Source of the DNA: Candidatus Freyarchaeum deiterrae
GTDB taxonomy: Archaea; Asgardarchaeota; Jordiarchaeia; Jordiarchaeales; Jordiarchaeaceae
Direction of reading: 5' to 3'
Length of the DNA stretch: 64,000 nucleotides
NCBI GenBank assembly: GCA_037305845.1
Contig: CP147778.1
Span: 3,488,001-3,552,000, forward strand
Shown here: positions 17,898-28,167 of the stretch, in pieces
How positions within the stretch are numbered: the stretch's first letter is position 1
How the letters are laid out: each line of letters begins with the position of its first letter
The notes under the pieces: generated by a model
Database searches by the model: none
Told to the model about the DNA's origin: nothing
Seen by the model: the letters and a program-made list of their open reading frames with translations, nothing else
Program-made: the position numbers and the translations under genes

Positions 17898-20800
17898 GTG
17901 AAAACTATGAAAAGCATCAGGGAAAATAAGAAAGCACTAAAGATAGCAGCAGTTCTAGCAGCAATTCTCCTAACAGCAACAATCATCACAGCGGTTACAG
18001 CAGTCCAGAACCAGAACCGGAACACTATCCCGCTCATCAACGCGTACCTGATGGGCTTCTCCCCAAGCCCTAACAACGCCATCATTCTACCAAAGATGGA
18101 CGTAAATAGTAGCATCACGTTAAGCGGAGGCGTCTACACCGAACAGATAAATGTGGTAGCGAGCAACATAGTGATAGACGGAAACGGATCCACCGTGCAG
18201 GGCTTCCAACACGATTCTGGCATCATCCTAAATGGCGTAAACCACGTAACCATCTATAATGTCGAAGTCACAGGGTGGTACAGAGGCTTCGAACTAGAGT
18301 CCAGCTCTTACATTACTCTTTCGGATAACACCGCAACCGACAACTACTTTGGCTTCTACCTAGGCTCCAGCTCAAACAATACTCTTTCGGATAACACCGC
18401 ATACAATAACAACAACATAATCGGCTTCTACCTAGACTCCAGCTCGAACAATATCCTTTCGGGTAACACTGCAAACAACAATCAATTTCACGGCTTCGTC
18501 CTGTGGAATAGCCCGTACAATACTCTTTCTAGTAACACGGCAACCAACTGCGGCGCGAGCGGCTTTGTCTTGACCGGAAGCTCTTACAATATTCTTTCGG
18601 GTAACACCGCAACAAACAATCAATTTGACGGCTTCTGCCTATCCTCCAGCTCGAACAATAATACTCTTTCGGGTAACACAGCAAACAACAACGACTGGGG
18701 AGCCAGCTACAACTCCGCTGGCTTCTTACTATCCTCCAGCTCGAACAATAATACTCTTTCGGGTAACATCGCATACAATAACTGCTACTACAGCTTCTGG
18801 CTATCCTCTAGCTCTTACAATACTCTTTCAGGTAACACCGCAAACAACAACACCAACGGCGAAGGCTTCTACCTAGGCTCCAGCTCTTACAATAATCTTA
18901 CGGGTAACAATGCAAACAACAACCTCAACGGCGGCTTCATCCTAGACAGCAGCTCGTCGTACAATAATCTTTCGGGTAACATGGCAAACAACAACTACTA
19001 CGGCTTCCAACTAGGCTCCAGCTCAAACTATATTATTTCTGGCAACACCGCAAACAACAACAACATAGGCTTCTACCTGTATAATAGCGCAAACAACAAT
19101 AATCTTACGGGTAACAACGCAACCAGCAACACACAATACGGCTTCTACCTAGACACCAGCTCTAACAATACTCTTTCAGGTAACACTGCAAACAACAACG
19201 GCCACTGCGGCTTCTTCCTATCCTCCGGCTCGACCAATACTCTTTCTGATAACACAGCAAACAACAACAGCTACTACGGCTTCTGGCTAGCCTCTAGCTC
19301 GACCAATACTCTTTCTGATAACACAGCAAACAACAACAGCTACTACGGTTTTTCCCTAGATTTCAGCTCGACCAATACTCTTTCTGATAACACAGCAAAC
19401 AACAACGGCTACGACGGCTTCTTCCTATCCTCCGGCTCGACCAATATTCTTTCTGATAACACAGCAAACAACAACAGCCACTACGGCTTCTACCTAGACT
19501 CCAGCTCAGACAATAATCTTTTGGGTAATAGCGCAAACAACAACGGCTACGACGGCTTCTTCCTAACTTCCAGCTCGGGCAGCAACACTCTTTTTAATAA
19601 CACAGCAAACAGCAACAACGATGGGTTCTACATATATTCCGGCTCCAATAATATTACAAATAACACCGCAAACAACAACTACTGGGACGGCTTCCTCCTA
19701 GCCCAAGGCTCGTATAGTAATCTTTCTGATAACACTGCAAGCAACAACGGCATCGCAGGCTTCTGCCTAGCCTCCAGCTCGAACAATATTACAAATAACA
19801 CCGCAAACAACAACCACTACGGCTTCGATCTAGCCAGCAGTTCAACCTACAATACTCTTTCTGGTAACACGGCAAACAACAACACCGACTCCGGTTTCTA
19901 CATAACCGACAGTTCAACCTACAATACTCTTTCTGGTAACACGGCAAACAACAACACCGACTCCGGTTTCTACCTATCCACGAACAACAATAATCTTTCG
20001 GGCAATAATAATGCAACCAACAACAACTACGGGTTCAACTTAAAGTCCAGCTGGTACAATATTCTTTCTGGCAACACCGCAAACAACAACGCTGAGCACG
20101 GTTTCGGCTTATCCAACAGCTCTTACAATAATCTTTCCGGCAACACAGCAAACAACAACCTTCTGGGCTTCTACCTACACTACAGCTCTTACAATAATCT
20201 TTCCGGCAACACAGCAAACAACAACAGCATAAGCTTCTACTTAGACTCCAACTCCAATAATAATACTCTTTCTGGTAACACGGCAAGCAACAACACCGAC
20301 TCCGGTTTCTACATAGATCCTTCGTATAACAATGTTCTTTCGGGTAACACTATAGTGGGGTGTGGATTATTTGTGTCCGGTTCTCTTTCATCCTTAGAGT
20401 CGAATACTATTGATCAGAGTAACACTGTGAATGGAGAGACCCTCTACTACTACGTGGATGAGAGTGGTCTTTCTCCGGCAGATTTCGTAAACGCTGGTCA
20501 GGTGATACTGGTCAATTGCGCCAATTCATGGATTTCCGGACTAAACATTTCTAACACCAACGCAGGAATCCAGTTATACTACTCCAGCAACATTACAATA
20601 TCGGAGAATAACATCTCCTTTAACCAGTATGGCATTTACCTGAGTAATTCGAACAACAACATAATTTCAAACAACACAGTAACAAATAGCACCAATTATG
20701 GCTTCTGGCTCGTTTCTTCGAGCTATAATACTCTTACAAGCAACACCGCAAACAACAACAACTATGACAGCTTTAGCTTCTTCCTAAACTCCAGCTCGAA

Positions 20801-21881
20801 CAATAATATTCTTTCTGGCAACACCGCAAACAACAACCTCGGCTTTGGCTTCTTCCTAAACTCCAGCTCGAACAATAATATTCTTTCTGGCAACACCGCA
20901 AACAACAACCTCGGCTTTGGCTTCTTCCTAAACTCCAGCTCGAACAATAATATTCTTGATAACACTGCAAACGACACTGTATGCGGCTTCGTCCTACAAT
21001 CCAGCTCAAACAACAATACTCTAACGGGTAACAATGCAACCAACAACCCCTGGGACGGTTTCCAACTAAGATCCAGCTCATACAATAATCTTTCTAGCAA
21101 CACCGCAAACAACAACGACGAAGGCTTCGAAATATGCGAATACTCGAACAATAATATTCTCTCTGGCAACACCGCAAACAACAACGAAGGCGCCGGCTTC
21201 TACCTATTTATTAACTCGAACAATAATCTTTCTGGCAACATTGCTGCAAATGATCATGTATACGGCTTCCATTTGCAATATTCTTCAGGTAATATCCTCC
21301 GAGGTAACATTGCTTTAAACTGTTCACGTTTTGAAGCTGCATACGCTTGGTCAGATTCTGATTCTCCTAATAATGATTTTACGGGCAGTGTGGAGGAGAA
21401 CTATCTGTGGGTGAACGTCACTGATTCCGGGGGTCAGCCTCTGTCCGAGGCTCAGGTGCTAGTGGTTTCCAACGGAACGACGGTGATTTACGCTACGCCT
21501 TATTTCGGTGGATCAGACTCCCCAACGGGCAATGATGGTTTAACCCTGTGGTTTGCAGTCCCCTACAGGACATTTATAACAAACGAGTTTAGGACTGTGA
21601 ACAATGACACTGTTACCGTGTGGTATTCCACTCCTTCGGAGATAGCTAGTTTTCAGTTGAATCCAAGGACAGTTGACATGTCTACTTCACACCAAGAAAA
21701 CTTCACCTTGGGTTCTTGGCAACCAACACAATCTCTCATAATGCTCTCCGCTCTTCTGCTGTCGTCGGCTGGAACGCAGGGAGGCACCAGCCCGCTGGTT
21801 TACGCTGCTATCATTGGTGTCGTGGGCGTGGTGGTAGTGGCTGCTGGTTTGTTCTACTACTTCCGCAGAGTGAACACTTAA
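17898..21881 (+). CDS. Cell-surface parallel beta-helix (NosD/CASH-like) protein, long repeat form
   Basis: Dozens of 22-24-aa coils; same signal peptide and TM anchor as its paralogues; no Ig-like repeats. Confidence 0.92.
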   Translation: MKTMKSIRENKKALKIAAVLAAILLTATIITAVTAVQNQNRNTIPLINAYLMGFSPSPNNAIILPKMDVNSSITLSGGVYTEQINVVASNIVIDGNGSTVQGFQHDSGIILNGVNHVTIYNVEVTGWYRGFELESSSYITLSDNTATDNYFGFYLGSSSNNTLSDNTAYNNNNIIGFYLDSSSNNILSGNTANNNQFHGFVLWNSPYNTLSSNTATNCGASGFVLTGSSYNILSGNTATNNQFDGFCLSSSSNNNTLSGNTANNNDWGASYNSAGFLLSSSSNNNTLSGNIAYNNCYYSFWLSSSSYNTLSGNTANNNTNGEGFYLGSSSYNNLTGNNANNNLNGGFILDSSSSYNNLSGNMANNNYYGFQLGSSSNYIISGNTANNNNIGFYLYNSANNNNLTGNNATSNTQYGFYLDTSSNNTLSGNTANNNGHCGFFLSSGSTNTLSDNTANNNSYYGFWLASSSTNTLSDNTANNNSYYGFSLDFSSTNTLSDNTANNNGYDGFFLSSGSTNILSDNTANNNSHYGFYLDSSSDNNLLGNSANNNGYDGFFLTSSSGSNTLFNNTANSNNDGFYIYSGSNNITNNTANNNYWDGFLLAQGSYSNLSDNTASNNGIAGFCLASSSNNITNNTANNNHYGFDLASSSTYNTLSGNTANNNTDSGFYITDSSTYNTLSGNTANNNTDSGFYLSTNNNNLSGNNNATNNNYGFNLKSSWYNILSGNTANNNAEHGFGLSNSSYNNLSGNTANNNLLGFYLHYSSYNNLSGNTANNNSISFYLDSNSNNNTLSGNTASNNTDSGFYIDPSYNNVLSGNTIVGCGLFVSGSLSSLESNTIDQSNTVNGETLYYYVDESGLSPADFVNAGQVILVNCANSWISGLNISNTNAGIQLYYSSNITISENNISFNQYGIYLSNSNNNIISNNTVTNSTNYGFWLVSSSYNTLTSNTANNNNYDSFSFFLNSSSNNNILSGNTANNNLGFGFFLNSSSNNNILSGNTANNNLGFGFFLNSSSNNNILDNTANDTVCGFVLQSSSNNNTLTGNNATNNPWDGFQLRSSSYNNLSSNTANNNDEGFEICEYSNNNILSGNTANNNEGAGFYLFINSNNNLSGNIAANDHVYGFHLQYSSGNILRGNIALNCSRFEAAYAWSDSDSPNNDFTGSVEENYLWVNVTDSGGQPLSEAQVLVVSNGTTVIYATPYFGGSDSPTGNDGLTLWFAVPYRTFITNEFRTVNNDTVTVWYSTPSEIASFQLNPRTVDMSTSHQENFTLGSWQPTQSLIMLSALLLSSAGTQGGTSPLVYAAIIGVVGVVVVAAGLFYYFRRVNT
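20776..20957 (+). repeat. Exact 72-bp tandem repeat (x2.5) inside the beta-helix gene
   Basis: The unit GCTTCTTCCTAAACTCC... recurs at 20776, 20848 and 20920. Confidence 0.9.
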
Positions 21882-21886
21882 AAATA

Positions 21887-21945
21887 GGGGCTGGGGCCCT
21901 CGGCTGATTGTTCGGGGGTCTTGCTTCGGCTCCTTCTCTTTTTTT
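21887..21945 (+). terminator. Conserved 3' hairpin plus U-tract, copy 2
   Basis: GGCCCTCG/CGGGGGTC inner stem, CTGATTGT loop, T run. Confidence 0.7.
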
Positions 21946-21989
21946 GTTTTAAGTATTATTCTTTCTCCTATGTACTCGGTTGGAACGGT

Positions 21990-22329
21990 GAAAACACCAG
22001 AAATCCTCCTCCAACACAAAATTTATTAGAACAGCAGAAAATATATGAAAAATATACTAAAAATATAACACTATTGTATATTTATATCTTAAAAAGGGCG
22101 TTGAACGACAAACAACCGTTACCGAAACCAACGGAACGGAACGAAGGAGAGGTAGGAGGAATAAAAACTGAAACAGACACTCCCTCCTTCTCAAATTCAC
22201 AGACTAGAAGCAGAAAAAAAGGGAAGAGGGAAACAAGGACTCCAAAACATACTAAAATAAAATTGGAGCCTTGCCCTACGCAGAAACTTAACTGTTTCTA
22301 CATAAAAAAATAATCAAATGAAAATATGA
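21990..22329 (+). repeat. Conserved upstream element, copy 3
   Basis: Same blocks as copies 1 and 2; leader portion about 22095-22329. Confidence 0.9.
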
Positions 22330-25300
22330 GTGAAAACTATGAAAATCATAAGAGGAAACAAGAAAGTATTAAAGATAGCAGCAGTCCTAGCAGCAGTCCT
22401 CCTCACAGCAACAATCATCACAGCGGCTACAGCAATCCAAAACCAGAACCAAAACACTATCCCGCTCATCAACGCGTACCTGATGGGCTTCTCCCCAAGC
22501 CCTAACAACGCCATCATTCTACCAAAGATGGACGTAAATAGTAACATCACGTTAAACGGGGGCGTCTACACCGAAACGATAAATGTTCTGGCGAGCAACA
22601 TAGTGATAGACGGAAACGGGTCCACAGTGCAGGGCTTTTACCCATTTGGATTTGGCTTCAACTTAAACGGCAGAAGCTACGTAACCATTTATAACGTCAC
22701 GGTCACAGGGTGGGACTGCGGCTTCTACCTATACAACAGCTTTAATAACAATCTCACAAATAACAACGCGAACAGCACCAGTACCGGCTTCTACCTGCAA
22801 AGCAGCTCAAACAATATTCTTTCTGGTAACACGGCAAACAACAACGGATACGGCTTCTACCTAGACTCCAGCTCTTACAACAATCTCACAAATAACACCG
22901 CAAACAACAACACCTACGATGGCTTCTACCTAGGGGGCAGCTCGAACAACAATATTCTTTCGGGTAACAACGCAAACAACAACAACTACTACGGCTTCTA
23001 CCTGGGTGGTTCCAATAACAACTTTATTTACCAGAACGATTTTGAAAATAACACTTATAATGCGGTTTCTGATAGCTCAACCAATTTCTGGAACTCCCCA
23101 AGTGAAATTACCTACGTCTACAACGACAAAATTTGCACAAGCTACCTCGGCAACTACTGGAGTGACTACACGGGAAGCGACACCAACGGGGATGATATCG
23201 GAGACACACCCTACATCATCACGGGTGGAGCTCAGGACAATTATCCGCTGATGCAACCCTTTCAGAATTACCTCATTCCCATCTACGTGTGGAATGACTA
23301 CACCTTCACAGGAGACCTCGTCAATCAACCAGTAATTGTGAATGGGTCAAACATAGTGATAAACGGAAACGGCTACACCATACAAGGACCCGGAGTTGGA
23401 GTCGGTTGCGGCTTCAACTTAAATGGCGTGACCAACGTAACCATAGAAAACATCACAGTCACAGGGTGGCAATACGGCTTCTACCTAGACTCCAGCTCGA
23501 ATAATACTCTTACGGGTAACACCGCAAACAACAACACCAACACCGGCTTCTACCTGTCCTACAGCTCGTACAACAATCTCTCGAGTAACACCGCGAACAA
23601 CAACTACTACTACGGCTTCTACCTGGACCATAGCTCGTACAATACTCTCTCGGGTAACACCGCGAACAACGTCACCCTATACGTCGGCTTCTTCCTGTAC
23701 TATAGCTCGTACAATACTCTTTCGGGTAACACCGCAGACAGCAACACCTACTACGGCTTCTACCTATACGGTAGCTCTTACAATACTCTTTCGGGTAACA
23801 CCGCAAACTACAACTACTACGGATTCTACCTAGACGGTATCTCGAACAACAATACTCTTTCGGGTAACATCGCGAACAGCAACAACTACCGCGGCTTCTA
23901 CCTATGGTGGAGCTCGTATAATACTCTTTCGGGTAACACCGCAGACAGCAACACCTACTATGGCTTTGACTTATACATCAGCTCGAACAACGATCTCTCG
24001 GGTAACACCGCAAACTACAATTACTACGGCTTCCGCCTAGACTCCATCTCGGACAATAATAATCTTTCTAATAACACTGCGGACAACAACCCCGGCGTCG
24101 GTTTCTACCTGTATTCTTCGAACTATAATAACCTCTCAGGCAACACCGCGTACGGCAACGGCGACGGCTTCTACCTAGACCGCGGCTCGAGCAGCAACAA
24201 TCTTTCTAATAACACTGCAACTAACAATAATTACGGTTTCGCACTATGCGATAGCTCAAACAATAATAATCTTTCGGGTAACACGGCAGACAGCAACACT
24301 TATGAGAACGGCATCTACGGCGACGGCTTCTGCCTGAACTCTAGCTCGTATAATATTCTTTCTGATAACACCGCAAACAAAAACGGCTTTGGCTTCCACC
24401 TAAACCCCGGCTCTAACTACAATACTCTTTCGGATAACAACGCAACCAACAACTGGCAAGCTGGCTTCTGGCTATACTCCAGCTCAAACAACAATCTTTC
24501 GGGAAACATAGCCACAAACAACCACCAAGGCTTCACCCTAGCAGATAGCTCGAACAACATTCTCTTGGGCAACACCGCGAACAAAAACAGTATAGGCTTC
24601 TATCTGGCCAGCTCTTACAATACTCTTTCGGGTAACACCGCAAACAACAACGACCAAGGCTTCTATATAATCTACGGCTCTTACAATACTCTTTCGGGTA
24701 ACACCGCAAACAACAACGATGTCGCCGGGTACTACCCATGGTCCAGCGACGGTTTCTTCCTATGGTACAGCCCGTACAACAATCTTTCGAACAACACTGC
24801 AAACTACAACAAATGCGGCTTCTACCTAGCCTACAGCTCTTACAACACTCTTTCGGGAAACACTGCAACCAACAACACTTACCACGGCTTCTACCTAGAC
24901 TACAGCTCGGACAACAATATTCTTTCTGGCAACACTGCTCTAAACTGTAATACGGGATACTATTGGTCTTCCGACAGTAGTAATAATGATTTTACGGGCA
25001 GTGTTTGGGCCAACTACCTGTGTGTGAACATCACAGACCCTCTGGGGCTTCCTATTCCTGGCGCAGAGATTAACGTTGAAACCGACGGAACACCGGTATA
25101 CGCTACACCCCATTTTGGAGGTTTAAACGATACAACCGATTCGAATGGTTTAACCCCATGGATCATTGTCACCTACGAGACTGGTACAGGAATAGACCAG
25201 ATGACTTTGAACACCACCAACGTCACCGTGTACTACGCACAGTTGCCCTTCTCAAACAATTCAAGAACGGTTAGCATGTCTGCGTCACATGTAGAAACAT

Positions 25301-26517
25301 TCCAGGTGGAGACGGTGACTATCACCTCACCATCCGAGGGAGCCATACTAACCAACGCCGATGTCCTCTTAGCATGGACTAGCAGCGACAACACGGGCGT
25401 AGACCACTACGCGGTCAGAATCGACGGCGGAAACTGGACCAGTGTGGGTACGAGTCTCAGCTACAATTTCTTCGGTCTCTCAGACGGCTCTCACACCGTT
25501 GATGTGAGGGTCTTCGACCTTGCGGGTAACAACGCCACCACATCTGTGTCATTCTTCGTGGACACTACTCCGCCATCTGTGACTATCACCTCACCTACTG
25601 CGAATGAGCTGTTTAATACCACCAGTGTTACAGTGAACTGGACTGGCAGCGACGACACCGGCATAGACCACTACGAGGTTATACTTGACAGCGGTTCCTG
25701 GACTAGTGTGGGGACGAGTCTCAGCCACGTGTTCAGTGTTTCCAACGGTACTCACACCGCGTACGTTAGGGCCTTCGACCTTGTGGGTAACAGCGTCACC
25801 GGCTCTGTTTCCTTCAATGTGGACACTACTCCGCCAACTGTGACTATCACCTCACCCTCCGGGGGAGCAGTACTTCCCACCAATGTTACAGTGAACTGGA
25901 CTGGCAGCGACGACACCAGCATAGCCTACTTTGAGGCTAGGATTGACGGAAATATCTGGGTTAATGTATCCACGAGTCTCAGCCACACCTTCACCGGTGT
26001 CTCAAACGGTTCTCACACCGTTGATGTTTTAGCTTTCGACCTTGCGGGTAACAACGCCACCGGCTCTGTTTCCTTCAACGTGGACACTACTCCGCCATCT
26101 GTGACTATCACCTCACCTACTGCGAATGCGATGTTTAATACCACCAGTGTTACAGTGAACTGGACTGGCAGCGATGATACCGGCATAGACCACTACGAGG
26201 CCAGGATTGACAGCGGCTCCTGGGGCAACATGGGAACTAACACCAGCTACGTGTTCAGCAGCTTGTCCGACGGTCTTCACACAATTGATGTTATGGCCTT
26301 CGACCTTGCGGGTAACAACGCCACAGCTTCTGTATCCTTTACCGTGGCTTCCGTGCAACCAGGACAATCTCAGACAATGCTCCTGGCTCTCCTGTCGTTG
26401 GCTGGAACGCAGGGAGGAGGAACCAGTCCTCTGGTCTACGTTGCTATCATAGGTGTCGTGGGTGTGGGTGTAGTGGCTGCTGGTTTGTTCTACTACTTCC
26501 GCAGAGTGAACGCTTAA
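22330..26517 (+). CDS. Cell-surface protein with two beta-helix (NosD/CASH-like) domains, 4 Ig-like repeats and a TM anchor
   Basis: NosD-type GNYWSDYxGxDxNGDxIGDTPY cap, a second beta-helix, DTTPP Ig-like units and the conserved anchor. Confidence 0.92.
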   Translation: MKTMKIIRGNKKVLKIAAVLAAVLLTATIITAATAIQNQNQNTIPLINAYLMGFSPSPNNAIILPKMDVNSNITLNGGVYTETINVLASNIVIDGNGSTVQGFYPFGFGFNLNGRSYVTIYNVTVTGWDCGFYLYNSFNNNLTNNNANSTSTGFYLQSSSNNILSGNTANNNGYGFYLDSSSYNNLTNNTANNNTYDGFYLGGSSNNNILSGNNANNNNYYGFYLGGSNNNFIYQNDFENNTYNAVSDSSTNFWNSPSEITYVYNDKICTSYLGNYWSDYTGSDTNGDDIGDTPYIITGGAQDNYPLMQPFQNYLIPIYVWNDYTFTGDLVNQPVIVNGSNIVINGNGYTIQGPGVGVGCGFNLNGVTNVTIENITVTGWQYGFYLDSSSNNTLTGNTANNNTNTGFYLSYSSYNNLSSNTANNNYYYGFYLDHSSYNTLSGNTANNVTLYVGFFLYYSSYNTLSGNTADSNTYYGFYLYGSSYNTLSGNTANYNYYGFYLDGISNNNTLSGNIANSNNYRGFYLWWSSYNTLSGNTADSNTYYGFDLYISSNNDLSGNTANYNYYGFRLDSISDNNNLSNNTADNNPGVGFYLYSSNYNNLSGNTAYGNGDGFYLDRGSSSNNLSNNTATNNNYGFALCDSSNNNNLSGNTADSNTYENGIYGDGFCLNSSSYNILSDNTANKNGFGFHLNPGSNYNTLSDNNATNNWQAGFWLYSSSNNNLSGNIATNNHQGFTLADSSNNILLGNTANKNSIGFYLASSYNTLSGNTANNNDQGFYIIYGSYNTLSGNTANNNDVAGYYPWSSDGFFLWYSPYNNLSNNTANYNKCGFYLAYSSYNTLSGNTATNNTYHGFYLDYSSDNNILSGNTALNCNTGYYWSSDSSNNDFTGSVWANYLCVNITDPLGLPIPGAEINVETDGTPVYATPHFGGLNDTTDSNGLTPWIIVTYETGTGIDQMTLNTTNVTVYYAQLPFSNNSRTVSMSASHVETFQVETVTITSPSEGAILTNADVLLAWTSSDNTGVDHYAVRIDGGNWTSVGTSLSYNFFGLSDGSHTVDVRVFDLAGNNATTSVSFFVDTTPPSVTITSPTANELFNTTSVTVNWTGSDDTGIDHYEVILDSGSWTSVGTSLSHVFSVSNGTHTAYVRAFDLVGNSVTGSVSFNVDTTPPTVTITSPSGGAVLPTNVTVNWTGSDDTSIAYFEARIDGNIWVNVSTSLSHTFTGVSNGSHTVDVLAFDLAGNNATGSVSFNVDTTPPSVTITSPTANAMFNTTSVTVNWTGSDDTGIDHYEARIDSGSWGNMGTNTSYVFSSLSDGLHTIDVMAFDLAGNNATASVSFTVASVQPGQSQTMLLALLSLAGTQGGGTSPLVYVAIIGVVGVGVVAAGLFYYFRRVNA

Positions 26518-26520
26518 AAT

Positions 26521-26578
26521 AGGGCTAGATACCTCCTGACCGATTGTTCGGGAGTCTACTCTCAACCCTCCTTTTTTT
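26521..26578 (+). terminator. Conserved 3' hairpin plus U-tract, copy 3
   Basis: CTCCTGA/TCGGGAG inner stem, CCGATTGT loop, T7 run. Confidence 0.7.
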
Positions 26579-26846
26579 GTTTTAGATATTGGTTTCGAAT
26601 GCGACACTAGAAAATTCAGGTTAGGTTATGCAGTTTGTGAGTGGGCTTTTTTGGATTCTGTTTCTGGTTTGCTTATTGTCTTATTTTGGTGTTTATTTTA
26701 TTTGATTTGCTGGGCTGGAAATAATTGTGTTTTTTTGTTTGTTTTTCGTATTACGTGGATGTTAGCATAATTTAAATATTTTAAAGATTAAATGATTGTT
26801 TAGGTAGTACGGGTCAATTTCCAGTGGAACTTTTGGTGAAAAAACA

Positions 26847-27629
26847 ATGTACGGTATAACGGTAAAAAATTTGGGAAAAGTGCCCAAAAAAGTCAATCAC
26901 CCGATATGCATACAGGGTCTCCCTGACATAAGCAACGTGGGAACAGAGGCCGTAAAGCAGCTAGTGGAAAGACTCGAAGCCAAAAAGGTTATGGAGCTGG
27001 GGTTTAACGACCTCCCACCCATAATCATAATTAACGATGGAATCCCACACCTTCCAGTCATCCAGATACATTTCTGGAAGGATCCACAAAACAAGCAGGA
27101 CATATTTTTCGTTTCAGGCGACGACCAACCGTTGAGCTCCAGGGGAATCTACACCATCTCACAATATCTGGCGGAGCTCATGTCGAAAAATGATGTGCAG
27201 CTTATAGTAACCCTCGGCGCATACCTAGTTGAAACTTCCAGCAGAAACGATCCAGTAAAAATATACGTAGCCGCCACTCACAAGGAAAACGAACACTTGG
27301 AAAAACTCCTCAGCCTGCCCCACGCCAAACCCATGACTGAGGGAGAAATACTCGGAGCAAACGGCATGGTACCAACACTAGCAAAACAGAAATTCAACAT
27401 AGACGGAGCAATAATTCTATCCGAAACCAGTGCACAAATCGCCTCAACAGGAACCAACGATCCCAACGCCACAACGGCACTGGTTGAAACCATGAAAAAA
27501 TACTTCAACCTTCCACTAAACGGCACCCCCACAAAAACCACGAAACACTCACCACCAACCAATGAAGACAAAAAGCCCCCAAAAGTAGAACTTCCAGAAA
27601 CATACAACCAAAGCAGCTACATAGGCTGA
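26847..27629 (+). CDS. PAC2 family proteasome assembly chaperone-like protein
   Basis: IQGLPDISNVG, SGDDQP, IVTLGAY, ILGANG, LSET, DPNA motifs and a C-terminal YIG. Confidence 0.85.
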   Translation: MYGITVKNLGKVPKKVNHPICIQGLPDISNVGTEAVKQLVERLEAKKVMELGFNDLPPIIIINDGIPHLPVIQIHFWKDPQNKQDIFFVSGDDQPLSSRGIYTISQYLAELMSKNDVQLIVTLGAYLVETSSRNDPVKIYVAATHKENEHLEKLLSLPHAKPMTEGEILGANGMVPTLAKQKFNIDGAIILSETSAQIASTGTNDPNATTALVETMKKYFNLPLNGTPTKTTKHSPPTNEDKKPPKVELPETYNQSSYIG

Positions 27630-27924
27630 CCCCCCCTCAACAATACACCACCAATAACAACAACAATAACAACAATTAAAAATCACCACAAAGCAAAGCA
27701 TTCGGGGGGTTCCCAATTTTTAATTTTTCCAAATCAAACAAGGATAAAACACATGCTCATTCTATATTATACTTATGATTTCGAATCCTTTTTGATAAAC
27801 CATTACTTTTTAGTGAAACCAACTTAAAGAACTTAATCGCGTACCTTTTATTCTCTGAAGGCGTCCTATTACTATTAATATGATATCATATTATTGAATG
27901 TGTTAATAATAATGAGGCTTTAAA

Positions 27925-28119
27925 ATGAAGGATGAAACTGGTAAAAAGAAATCTGACCCGGAGAATCGAATAAGAAATGTTACCCTCTGGAGATGCACAA
28001 ACTGTGGGGGGCTCAACAGGACGGAAGAGCAACCAGAAGTATGTGAACTCTGTGGAGAGGGAAAAACATTCGAAAAAATGAAACTAAAAATCAAAACAAG
28101 TCCAACTCAAGACACTTAA
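27925..28119 (+). CDS. Small rubredoxin-like zinc-ribbon protein
   Basis: WRCTNCG...PEVCELCG...FEK. Confidence 0.7.
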   Translation: MKDETGKKKSDPENRIRNVTLWRCTNCGGLNRTEEQPEVCELCGEGKTFEKMKLKIKTSPTQDT

Positions 28120-28167
28120 AAAAAAGTAAAAAAGAAGAAAATATTGTAGGATTTAACTCAAAACATT

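Noticed and set aside
21921-22313. 130-aa ORF across leader copy 3 (and reverse ORFs 14392-14721, 17494-17736)
   Set aside because: The frame is not preserved in the other copies because of non-triplet indels; it also overlaps the terminator and promoter.
14821-26517. Diversity-generating retroelement acting on the AAC-rich coils
   Set aside because: No reverse transcriptase or non-coding template repeat is visible in the window. Variable codons are dominated by TAC and include TGG, GAG and GTG, which is not the pattern expected from A-only mutagenesis of AAC. A remote DGR cannot be fully excluded.
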